Assembly (NCBI RefSeq): GCF_902713615.1
Contig: NC_052147.1
Location: 78,704,091 to 78,768,090 of the forward strand
Length of the DNA: 64,000 bases
Origin: Scyliorhinus canicula
Lineage: Eukaryota
Direction: 5' to 3'
The notes below the pieces were generated by a model that worked only from the letters and a program-made list of their open reading frames with translations, had not been told where the DNA came from and ran no database searches. A program made the position numbers and the translations under genes. Of this stretch, positions 49,885-61,152 are shown one piece after another. Every line of letters starts with the position of its first letter. The first letter of the stretch is position 1.

Positions 49885-50475
49885 ACAGTAAACAAATCCA
49901 TATAAAATGTGGTGTCTTCATATGGCACACCTTAAAGAAGTCCTTGAGAGCTATGTTATGCCTGAAATGTTTCACAGAGGTTACTAAGTGTCATTGTGGA
50001 TTATTGCTTTTTTGCGTTGGTGTCTGTTGTCAAACCTTTGGTCATCATAGTGGTGCCTACCAGCCCACAGGAGTTGTTGCCATTTTCCTCTGTCATCAGC
50101 TAATCCTGAATTTTCCATTCCTCTTAAGCAGGTTTTGAGGCAGTGCGGGAGTGTGAAACTGCATGGATTGGATTCTGGGATCCTGCCCATCCTGACCCCT
50201 ACGTGATTTTGCAGTGGGGCAGGCTGGGCCTTGGACATGAATCCTGCCTTTGCCCCTACAGCAACCACTTAATGGCCACTTTAGAGTCTTTTCCAACCTA
50301 GCATCAATTTGCAGGCTGGCAGGAACCGGAAAACTGAGGGTGGGAATCGTTCTGATTTCTTGAAAGAGTCACTGACCTCGACCTCAGGAGGGGGATGCCT
50401 CCATCAGCAGCCCCCTTCTGACAGGGACCCACATCCCCCAAGAACCGGTTACATCCAGACCTCCCCCACCAAACC

Positions 50476-51115
50476 TGTAATGATATGCATAAGCAATCAT
50501 GTAAATATTAATAGAAACAACCTCTAACCAGCAGGTGGCAGTAAAGAATAACCAGGTGACACTGTTACCTCGGGGAGTCTGGAGATTGTCGTCATAGTGG
50601 ATAGTCGCACTTGTAGTAGCTCTTCGATAATTTAATAATATAGTAGATTAGTGGATTTTGATAGCTTTCTTATTGTTATCTGACCCACGTTATTGTTTAA
50701 TAATAAACATTCAGCTATACGTTCTCTGGTGCTCTAATTCTGTCCAGCCAAGCACCAGAACGTAACATGGTACCTGGTCTGGTTTTGCAGTTATAAGACC
50801 AGAGACCAAGATAACAAAGAGGAAAGAAAAAAAAATTCTACTAACCACGTAGATTACTGACAGAATATAACTCAACGCACTGCAAGTCATGATGGAAGGT
50901 CTGAAGACACCACACCAGCCTTGACTCACTGGTAATGTAGATGCGAATTGGCGCATTTTTAAACAGTAATTCACACACTATGTAGCAGCTCTAGGTCTTC
51001 AGGTTTAGCTTGATAAACAGAGAATAGCGTTGCTGCTCACTGTAGCATGTCCACAGATGATAGAAATCTTTAATACCTTCACATTCGATACCAAAGCTGA
51101 TAGAAATAACACAGC
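50476..51115 (+). mobile_element. Gypsy 5' LTR (50476-50767), PBS and gag start
   Basis: TGTAAT...GTAACA with AATAAA, followed by TGGTACC; gag-like LTGNVDANWRIFKQ..RIALLLTVA. Confidence 0.7.
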
Positions 51116-51350
51116 CCAGTGACCCACTCTCTTCCCCCTCCCCCGCAACTCTCCCAGGGAATCCTTCTATTCCCACAACTACCCCAGGGAATCCTCAACC
51201 CCCCCCCCGAACCCTTGTTACTTACCTCACACAAGCTCCCTGTACCTAGTCCTGTGCCTCTCCCAGTCACTGCAACAGTGTACCTGGAGGGGCTGGAGAG
51301 TTGTCACCTATCTGACTGGCCGACAGCTCTTCAAGGCAGGACTTCAATCC

Positions 51351-51432
51351 CGATGAAGGATCGACGCTCTGAAAGCTAGTGATTCCAAATAATCCTGCTG
51401 GACTTTAACCTGGTGTTGTAAGACTTCTTTGT
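51351..51432 (+). mobile_element. 82-bp Penelope-type insertion starting in a hammerhead core (third family)
   Basis: (C)CGATGA-AGGATCGACGCTCT-GAAA-GC-TA-GTG..; 12-bp TSD GGACTTCAATCC (51339-50 and 51433-44). Confidence 0.65.
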
Positions 51433-51944
51433 GGACTTCAATCCAAATGCAGACAGAAGTCAGCCTCTTGCCAAGCAATGCTTATTTGAGTGTGAAATTG
51501 CAAGGAGCCAGTTGGAGTCAGTGGGGATGCGTTTTCCACCGACACTCTGGATGATGGTGGTCGAAGCCCCGCCATTCAAAAAATTCAGGCCCTGGTGTAT
51601 CCCTGCTGTGATAATGGATGTCGAGGGCCTTAACATGCTTTGCAAGTATGCTTGAAATGAAGCATGAAGTGTCTTGCTGGTCACCTGGCTATCTCACCAC
51701 ACAGTTAGTCCTTGGGCATACCCCATGTTGCTTATATATTGAAATACATACATATTATACTTACAGGCAATTGTCTTCCATCCTGCAGATATGCTTGAGC
51801 CAACAAAGCCACCTGTTTGATTAATGCTAACAAATGTAGGACCTCTGTCATTAACAACCACATCCATGATTTTCCCTTGCCATGTTATACCCATAATGCA
51901 TCACAGAAAGCAAAGATGAAAATTGTTGTTCTTTCCTGTATGGA

Positions 51945-53295
51945 CCACAAGTTATGGGCAGAAGAGGCCATTTAGCTCATCGCCAATCAATGAGATCATG
52001 GCTTATCTGATATATTCTTCAACTCCTCTTTCCCGCCTTAAGCCCATAACCCTTCATTCCCCTACTGATTAAAAAAACTGTCTATCTCAGCCTTGAACAT
52101 ACTTAACGCCCCAACCTCTACAGCTCTGTGTGGTAAAGAATTGCACAGATCCACTACCCTCTGAGATAAGAAATTCCTCTTCATCTCTGTCTTAAATGGG
52201 TGTCCCCTTACTCTCAGATTATGCTCTCTTGTTCTGAAACATCTGGTCAAGTCCCTCAAAATCCCATGAGTGAGATTCTCTGTCGGCCAACGCCAAAATC
52301 GGGAAAGGTGATTGGGCAGAGAGAATCAGTCGAGAGGCCAGAAACCTGCCAGGTACCGGGTTCACGCCAGAATGCCATGCTTCGGTGCCTTGACAGTGGC
52401 GTCAATGTGTTCTACTCCGCTCATAGAGTAAACGCCGTCCACATACCATTAGCGGGCCTGACCCTGAATTCTCCGGGGCTTCCGCGATGCCCCACCTCCG
52501 CCGGGAGGAATTACTGACGGTAGGTTTCACTTGTCGTTTAAAAAATTGGGAAATAGTCACCGTGGCTGCTGAGGGAGAGAGGAAGGGGTACGAAAAGTGT
52601 CCAACATTGCTATAATATACTGAAAGCTGTGCCGCTGGCCGGAGGACTTCTGTCAGGGCCGGGGGGGGGGGGGAGTAGCAGGGGGTGGCCAGGAGGTGTG
52701 CCATGGGGTTGGGGGGGGGTGGACGAGCACAGAACACCATTGCCACAGCCTGCAAGGCAGACATGCAGCTGCGCACACCACTGGCTGCCCACTGTGGACT
52801 TAGTTCCACAGGTCATATGAGTGTCCCCTCCCCCCCCCCCGCCGCCCCCAGGCCACTCCCCGAGGTATACTCTGGCCCCAGCTGACCCATCAAGGAGATG
52901 GGTGCACTCCAGCGCACCCAGTGCCATCTAGCTGGGATGATGTTGTGCAGGGAATGGAGTGCTATTACAGTGCTGCAGCTTGTCAGCCTCTCGAATGCCA
53001 ATCCTAACTCCAGCGTAACCGATACCGTTTCTCATTGGAATTGCTCTTGTTCAACATGGCGCCAGTGCTAGCCCATTAATGGTTGATGAATTGCTCTGGG
53101 AGCGGAGCCAATTTTGCTGTCGTAGATGTCCAGGCATCAGCGCTTAGTCTCTGAAATGGAGAATCCCACCCTATATGTCTCTATAAGATTGCTTCTCATT
53201 GTTCCAAATACAAGCCCAACCTACTCAAACTCTCCTCATAAGAAAATCCCGCCATACCCTGGATCAACCTAGTGAACCTTCTCTGGATGGCCACA
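51945..53295 (-). mobile_element. CR1 3' fragment interrupted by a Harbinger-type element (52268-53171)
   Basis: FKTEMKRNFLSQRVVDLCNSLP. The inserted element has TIRs GAGTGAGATTCTC and GGAGAATCCCACCC, flanks CAT/TAT, and a transposase-like LHNI remnant. Confidence 0.8.
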
Positions 53296-53299
53296 ATGC

Positions 53300-55600
53300 T
53301 GTATGATATCCACGTTTCACCGCCATACAGGAAGGTGCTGAGAACACAGGCCTTATAAAACACCAATTTGATCCCAAGGGCCAGTTTAATATTATTTCAT
53401 GCATGTTTGGTGTGTCAGCCAATGATGACATGTGCTTTCCCAATGCGTGTATCAAGTTCTGCATGAAGCGGCAGACTGTTACTGTGGACACGGGGTGGCA
53501 GGATCTGATAACCATTTCCAGTGGGTGTTATTTCATGGGATCAGGATGGAGATGCAACATTTCTCTGATGACTATGCTTTTCTGAGGAGAGAGAGTCCCT
53601 GAATCTTTGTAGTTGAATTTCTATGTGGTTGACTAGGTCAGAACCACCAGCTTGGAGGATTTTTCTGATCAGGACGTGATTTGTTTCTGATAGAGTGTAG
53701 AGATAGCCATCTGACCTAATGTGCAAGTAGACTCCTTCCATATGGAGAAGCATGTAGAAGACAATACCAAACAGAATGAGGGAGCAAGATACTGATATGC
53801 TTCACTCCATTCTTCACTGAAATTATTGGAAATGAAGTCATTAAACTGTACAGTACAGTGCATGTTGTCATGGAAGAAGCAAATGAGACTGAGGAACTTT
53901 AGTGGACAGCCAATTTTCCTCAAAATCTTAGTCCTGCTTTGCTGATGGTATGTTGAGTACCTTAGTGAGATCTACAAAAATCAGGTAAAGTGACATAAAT
54001 GTACCCTACACTTCTCTTGCAGCTGACATATGGAGAAGATCATATTCACAGTAGGTCTGCCAGCACAGAAACCACACGGTGCTTCCAGGTACACTCGGTT
54101 TGCAAGTAGACGTAGTCTTTTACATTAGACCATCCCCTTGGCCCTAAGTAATGAGTAACACAGTTTCCTTTGTGCCTTTGTTTTTGTACAGTGTGATGAT
54201 TGGTTACAGTTACATCACCTATATCCTGTGGAATGGGTCCTAATTTCCAGCAGAGAAGGAGAAGGTCACTAAACTGTGGCAATTTGAGAGACTTTACATC
54301 CTTGAGAAGTTTGGCTGGGATCCCACCCTTATCCAGTGTCTTTCTATTTGCCAGTCTATGAACTTCTGAGAGCAAGTGATGAATGCTCTTCATCTAATTT
54401 ATCCATGACAGGAATCCGCAGGAGAGCACCAAGTGTGGACTGGGAGATATTTGTCTCACAGCAATACAGCTCACAACAGTGTTCAGCCCAGCAGAACATC
54501 TGTTTACTTCTGTCTGTCAAGACTTCGCCGTCTGCCCACTTTGAAGTGGTGGGGAGGCAACTTTGATGCTGGTAGGACCAAGCACCCTCTTTATCCCTTC
54601 ATATAGAATTCATAAATTTACATGGTCACTGGCAGCTTGGATTTCTTAACATAAGTTGATCCAATGCTTATTTGTGCAGTGTCTCCCGATCGTTTGCGTG
54701 GCTCTCTTGGCTACTTTCAAGTCGGGTGGTGTTTTAGCCATTGGATTTATGCTGTGCATCATGTAGGCTTTGCTTTTTGCATCAAAGACAGATATCTTCT
54801 CAACTGAGTAGATCTCAAACCAGTCCTTGTTGCAGGTGCTATTTTCCAAATGATGTCTCAGCTGCTTCATAAATGACTGATTTCCAAGCTTCATCGATAG
54901 CATAATCAATGCTTCCTGGCAAAGTTTTGTTGGGCATTCACCATTCTAGCAACAGTACAAAGTGCTGATATTTGGCATTGTTACTTGTGCAAGGGATGTA
55001 GATACGTGCTGGACAGTGATGTTTGGAACTGTGCAACTTTTAAGTGTGTATCTTCACTCGGCTACCGACAAGAGAGTGTACATTGTCACAATCTGAACGG
55101 TGGCAGGTGTTGGTATGGAGAATACAGGGCAGGTCTCACCTTCGTGTGATGACCAAGTCTCGTTGAAACAATGTCCAGACCTTGGGCAACACCATGATTC
55201 CATGTGGTAATGTCTATGCTAAAAGGTGTTGGTGATGCAGATTTCATTCAGGGCACAGAAGGCATTATCTGTTATCGCTGATCTAGCCCACCCCATGAAA
55301 ACGGAGTAATATTGGCCATGAACCACTGTCTGCCCCAAAACATGCATTGAAGTCAGTAATGATGAATAGTCTCACGCCATTTAAAGGTTCTTTAGAACAT
55401 CAGCTGGGCAGTCGCAGAAGTGCTCTTTGTCTAAGATGCTGCCATGGAGTGTGGGGTTTGCTGCAACCTGACTCTGATTGTTTCCTAAAAGTAGATCCAT
55501 GACACTCACCCCAGCCTAAGCATCCTTGTTCACCCTGTTAAAACAGTTGCTGAGTGGTGTAGGACTTGCCCTGTCCCTGGAATGTCCGTTAGCACCAATG
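53300..55600 (-). mobile_element. Old, heavily decayed RTE-clade LINE
   Basis: KIGCPLKFLSLI.FFHDNM, GIPAKLLK...LLLLCW, NKDWF motifs. Confidence 0.7.
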
Positions 55601-55629
55601 GCAGAGATCCAGCAGGTTGGATTTTTAAA

Positions 55630-55980
55630 ATTCTTTCATGGGATGTGGGCGTCACTGGCTAGGCCAGCATTTTTATTGCCCATGGGAAGGTGGTGGTGAG
55701 CTGCCTTCCTGAACCTCTGCAGTCCATGCAGTGCAGGTCGACTCGCAGTGCTGTTAGGGAGGAAGTACCAGGATTTTGACCCAGGGACAGTGAAGGAACA
55801 GCGATATATTTCCAAGTCAGGACAAGTGTGTGGCTTGGGCAGGATTCTCCAGGTGATGGTGTTCCCATGCATCTGTCCTTGTCCTTCTAGGTGGTAATGA
55901 TCGTGGATTTGGAAGATGCTGTTGAATGAGCCTTGATGAATTGTTGCAGTGCATCCTGTAGATGATACACACTGCTGCCA
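55630..55980 (-). mobile_element. L2/CR1-group LINE 3' end
   Basis: SF...GSKSW..LPNS...GLQRFRKAAHHHL followed by a short 3' tail. Confidence 0.7.
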
Positions 55981-55985
55981 AACTT

Positions 55986-57121
55986 AGCGTTTGATAAGGT
56001 TCCCCACGGTCGGCTATTGCAGAAAATACGGAGGCTGGGGATTGAGGGTGATTTAGAGATGTGGATCAGAAATTGGCTAGTTGAAAGAAGACAGAGAGTG
56101 ATGGTTGATGGGAAATGTTCAGAATGGAGTTCAGTTACGAGTGGCGTACCACAAGGATCTGTTCTGGGGCCGTTGCTGTTTGTCATTTTTATAAATGACC
56201 TAGAGGAGGGCGCAGAAGGATGGGTGAGTAAATTGTCGGTGGAGTTGTAGACAGTGCGGAAGGATGTTGCAGGTTACAGAGGGACATAGATAAGCTGCAG
56301 AGCTGGGCTGAGAGGTGGCAAATGGAGTTTAATGTGGAGAAGTGTGAGGTGATTCACTTTGGAAAGAATAACAGGAATGCGGAATATTTGGCTAATGGTA
56401 AAATTCTTGGTAGTGTGGATGAGCAGAGGGATCTCGGTGTCCATGTACATAGATCCCTGAAAGTTGCCACCCAGGTTGATGGGGGTGTGAAGAAGGCCTA
56501 TGGTGTGTTGGCCTTTATTGGTAGAGGGATTCAGTTCCGGAGCCATGAGGTCATGTTGCAGTTGTACAAAACTCTAGTACGGCCGCATTTGGAGTATTGC
56601 GTACAGTTCTGGTTGCCTCATTATAGGAAGGACGTGGAAGCTTTGGAACGGGTGCAGAGGAGATTTACCAGGATGTTGCCTGGTATGGAGGGAAAATCTT
56701 ATGAGGAAAGGCTGATGGACTTGAGGTTGTTTTCGTTAGAAAGAAGAAGGTTAAGAGGTGACTTAATAGAGGCATACAAAATGATCAGAGGGTTAGATAG
56801 GGTGGACAGTGAGAGCCTTCTCCCGCGGATGGAGGTGGCTAGCAGGAGGGGACATAGCCTTAAATTGAGGGGTAATAGATATAGGACAGAGGTCAGAGGT
56901 GGGTTTTTTACGCAAAGAGTGGTGAGGCCGTGGAATGCCCTACCTGCAACAGTAGTGAACTCGCCAACATTGAGGGCATTTAAAAGTTTATTGGATAAGC
57001 ATATGGATGATAAGGGCATAGTGTAGGTTAGATGGCCTTTAGTTTTTTTTCCATGTCGGTGCAACATCGAGGGCCGAAGGGCCTGTACTGCGCTGTATCG
57101 TTCTATGTTCTATGTTCTATG
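55986..57121 (+). mobile_element. Young 5'-truncated CR1 LINE
   Basis: [28 protein letters not shown], long ORF 56322-57026, (GTTCTAT)n tail; same family as 1616-2415. Confidence 0.96.
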
Positions 57122-57636
57122 TAAAGGCACTCAACCTCTCCCTGAAGTTGCCCTCTCCTCACTTCAGCTGCCAGGATTCCTGGGGTTAAATTAGAGACTG
57201 CCAGCCTCATTAAAATATTTAAATTGCCTATCTACTGTAAGCGGTTAGCAGTTCACTCCTTACCCTAAGCTCTGTAAAACCCAGAAACAGCAGGTTGGAG
57301 GTGGAGTGAGAACATGGTTCTGAATTTTGAAAAGTTGACATCTGACATGAACACACGCCTCATGACCATTTTGTGTTAAAATTCAGCCGATTTGCCTGCA
57401 ATTCCCATAGGCTGTCTCCTGATCTACTATCATAACTTAGGCAGCAGCTGTTTATAATATTTATCCACAGGTTCCGCTGAAATAACAGTAGTGAATCAGG
57501 GGGAAATTCTGTGGGAATTCTAGACAAATTTGTTTATTTCGATTTTTATTTGAGATTTGAAGCCAAAATTGAGAATGCAATGAGTAAAGTTGTATTAATA
57601 GGCTAGTTACTTTTCAGAACACACATTTTAATAATA

Positions 57637-57915
57637 ATATAGAACATAAAACTTTACAGCATAGTACAGGCCCTTCGGCCCATGATGTTGTGCCGAACTA
57701 GTCTGAAACCAAGATCAAATCAACGTACTCCCAATCAATCTAGTGCACTCCATATGCCGATCCAATAACCGCTTGAAAGTTCCTAAAGTGTCTGACTCCA
57801 CTATCGTAGCTGGGAGTGTGTTCCACGCCCCAAGTAAAGAACCTACCTCTGACATCCCTCCTATATCTTCCACCATGAACCTTATAGTTATGCCCCCTTG
57901 TAACAGCTGCATCTA
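57637..57915 (-). mobile_element. CR1 3' fragment
   Basis: AWNTLPATIVESDTLGTFKRLLDRHM plus tail. Confidence 0.85.
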
Positions 57916-58825
57916 CCAGAGCATGCCCTGTTTGACAGTTTTCTCCAGCGCAAGGCCAAGATGTCCACCTGATTTTGTCTAAAGGTAGCCCAATTCAAGC
58001 TTTGGAGAGGGTGTCAGCTCTCAATTATGAGGATGGGCAGAAATTAGTAAAGAGCATCGCCTTTCACTGAAGATGTGATTTCTCTGCCAAATTAAGCAAA
58101 GCCAACCTATCCTTATGCATGTGTATATGCCTCCTGTCACTGACACAGTGAGACTACCGCCACATCAGTGAGGTTTACAACACATTTTCAAGAACAGGAA
58201 GCAGGTGGGGGGAATCCACCAGGGGGTGCACATGTAAATATAATCCCTGAGGGGAGAGGGACATACCCAAGCAGTACCCTGGCACTGTCCCTGAGGGGGC
58301 AGTGCTGGGGAATGTGCCAGGGTGCCATGGGCAATGCCGGGGGCAGTGCCAGTGGGCAGTGCCAAGGTGGGACCCCTCTGGGGAGCTTCAGTCGGGTGGG
58401 GATTCCCCTTATCGATGGGGGGAGGGAAGGGATTTCCCCTTGTGTGGGTTCCCCGTGGACGTGGGGCGGAGGTCTGTTTTTGATCGGCGATCGGGATACC
58501 ATTTAAACTCAGGATCCCGGCGTTGCTGGATTCTCCCAGCCCCGCCCTGCCAGTGTGATGCATGAGCCACGCCTGCAGATTTTCTCTGCACAGAATGCTG
58601 CATGATGTGCACACCGGTTTTCTTGCCTCAGCCGGCACTCTGTGCAAACAGTGGAACATTTTGCCCATAGAGTTGAGGTAGAAAATCAGCCATGATCTTA
58701 TAGCATGGCACAGCAAGTTCAAAAGACCAAACGAATCACTCCTCTTCCTATTTCTTATGCTCTTATAAAAGGTCATCAACCTAAAATTGGATTCTCCACA
58801 GGTGCTTTACTGGCTGTGTATTTCT

Positions 58826-59050
58826 TTTTTTTTTTAAATTTAGATTACCCAATTATTTTTTCCAATTAAGGGGCAATTTAGTGTGGCCAATCCACCTACT
58901 CTGCACATTTTTGGGTTGTGGGGGCGAAACCCACGCAGACACGGGGAGAATATGCAAACTCCACACGGACAGTGACCCAGAGCCGGGATCGAACCTGGGA
59001 CCTCAGCGCCGTGAGGCGGTTGTGCTAACCACTAGGCCACCGTGCTGCCC
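58826..59050 (-). mobile_element. Short poly(A)-tailed V-SINE
   Basis: 15-bp TSD TGGCTGTGTATTTCT (58811-25 and 59051-65); inserted into a Penelope-like fragment. Confidence 0.93.
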
Positions 59051-59518
59051 TGGCTGTGTATTTCTAACATTTTCTATTTTCATTTCTGATGTTCAGCATC
59101 TACCGTATGTTGCATTTATGCTACAGGACAAATGCTGATCTCCACAAATATGAGTAAACTGGTGAGAGAAGCAATATAAACATTGGTTTAATTGCTTTCA
59201 GTGTTTATTCGAGTTTCTCACTCATTTTAGCTAAAAATGTAACAATTTTAGTGTAACATGTAAAAAATGAAATAAGTGTGACGAAAAGCATTGAGCTTTC
59301 ACTGTTAATGCTGCTGCTTTGCCAATCTTTGAATGTCTCACCAACTCCCACATGTTTGTATCTCACCTTTGGCTCTGTTTCTGAAGTTAACATAACATAC
59401 AGCTGGCTTTTTCGGAACTACAGCTAGTTGTGCGAATGCCTATCAAAGCAGTGGACAGCATTTTATCATGTTAAAGATATCTGTTCAAACAGAGGTCACT
59501 TTATAAGTCACATATTCC

Positions 59519-59713
59519 GACACGGTGGTGCAGCTGTTAGCACTGCTGCCTCGCGGCATCAAGGACCCGGGTTCGATCCCGGCCCCGAGTCACTTTCCGT
59601 GTGGAGTTTGCACATTCTCCCTGTGTCTGCTTGGGGTCTCACCCCCACAGCCCAAAACTGTGCTGGGTAGATGGATTGGCCATGCTAAATTGCCCCATAA
59701 TTGGAAAAGAAAT
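59519..59713 (+). mobile_element. Short V-SINE, older copy
   Basis: B-box GGTTCGATCCC, shortened V-core, AATTGGAAAA end. Confidence 0.8.
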
Positions 59714-59744
59714 CAGTCATACATTCCACGGTCATAAGCTGAAA

Positions 59745-60102
59745 TAAGAGTGTGACTGGGTGCGTGAATGAGTGTGAGTGGGTGAATGAGTATCTGAGTA
59801 GGTGAGTGAGTGAGCGCGTGAGTGAATGAGTGTGAGTAGATGAAGTAGTGTGAGTGGGTGAATGAGTATCTGAGTGGGTGAATGAGTGAGCGAGTGGGTG
59901 AATGAGTGAGCGAGTGGGTGAATGAGTGAGCGAGTGGGTGAATGATTGAGCAAGTAAGTGAACGAGTATGCGAGTTGGTGAATAAGTGAGCAAGTGGGTG
60001 AATGAGTATGCGAGTAAGTGAATGAGTGGGTGACTGAGTGAGCGAGTGAGTGGCTGAATAGAATGTGAGTGGCTGAATGAATGTGGGAGAGTGCGAGTGG
60101 GT
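59745..60102. repeat. (GAGT)n-derived micro/minisatellite with 20-bp higher-order unit
   Basis: GAGTGGGTGAATGAGTGAGC repeated in tandem at about 59872-59940. Confidence 0.9.
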
Positions 60103-60810
60103 GTTACAATACAGAGATGTCAGGAAATTGGATCAAAGATGTAGTGGGCAATTTAGGGGTTAACAGACTTAGAGGTAAAACTGTTAGCACGGAGTCAAAG
60201 ATATACACCCACAACTGGACTGAGTTGCATTGTCCCATTCAGACGTAAACTCGATAATGGGAATTAACAGGATAACCCTGTTCAGCTAGGGTGATTCACT
60301 CAAGATCCATTGTCCTCGGGGACACTCTGATCTGACCAGCCATTAGCCCATTACAGAGTCTGCCTCTTTTGTCCATAAATTGGAGGTTAATTGCATATTC
60401 ATAGCATGGCCCTGTTCTTTGTGTAAACGGGTGTGGGAAATCAAAAGCTCAGATAGCGATGATGAGTTGAAGTCTTGACACACCAGGACAGAACCATTGT
60501 TTGAGGGGCTGGGCGGATTTAAGAGAGAGAAAAAAAAATCCTGTTTAAACAGGTGAGGGCAGATGGATTTGGAAAGCGCCCGGAATAAGTCATGACAAGC
60601 TACTGCAGAGACAAGTTTTCAAAAAGGGGTCTTAAGGAGCGACACTAACGGCAGGAATGTGTTCTGTAAATGCAAGTATCATTTTTGCCTGTTTGCATAA
60701 GTGGAGTTGAGAGCTGTATGTTCATTTTACATGCTGTTTCATGGGAAATCATGGGTTAGGGTTAAGAGATACATGTAAGCTGTTCCTGTTAGGTTTGAAG
60801 TTTAAATATT

Positions 60811-61150
60811 GGGCACGATTCAGTGGCTGCGTTGCGCTTGAGCGACAGCACAACACGGGCAGCAGATCGCGGGTGAAGCCTCCCGCGGGCCTCGCAGCAG
60901 CCTTCGCACCTCGCAGGATCTACCAAAGTCCCGTGAGGCATCAGAATCAGAATTCTCTCCAAAAGGGGAGGGACCAAACAGTGCTTGCTAAGGTCTTAAA
61001 CCTACTTAAGGCCTACCTACCCGGGATCTAGTGGCCTCCCTTGAGCTACTGGCCTCCACAGGGAGGCTGCAACCGGGCACCGATCAAGAAGATGGATACA
61101 AGAAGGTGGACCAGGCGGAACACCACTGGGGGGCGGGGGGGGGGATGCTG
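60811..61150. mobile_element. Harbinger MITE family B, left part, interrupted by an LTR element
   Basis: Begins GGGCACGATTCA; homologous to the start of 19799-20528. Confidence 0.6.
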
Positions 61151-61152
61151 GG

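Noticed and set aside
1616-57121. Long-range inverted repeat between two CR1 copies as ends of a giant element
   Set aside because: Independent 5'-truncated insertions of one family with different lengths; the first has its own TSD.
59685-59993. His/Ser/Thr-rich repeat ORF; CRISPR-like periodicity
   Set aside because: Translation of a (GAGT)n satellite; no unique spacers, no cas genes, eukaryotic context.
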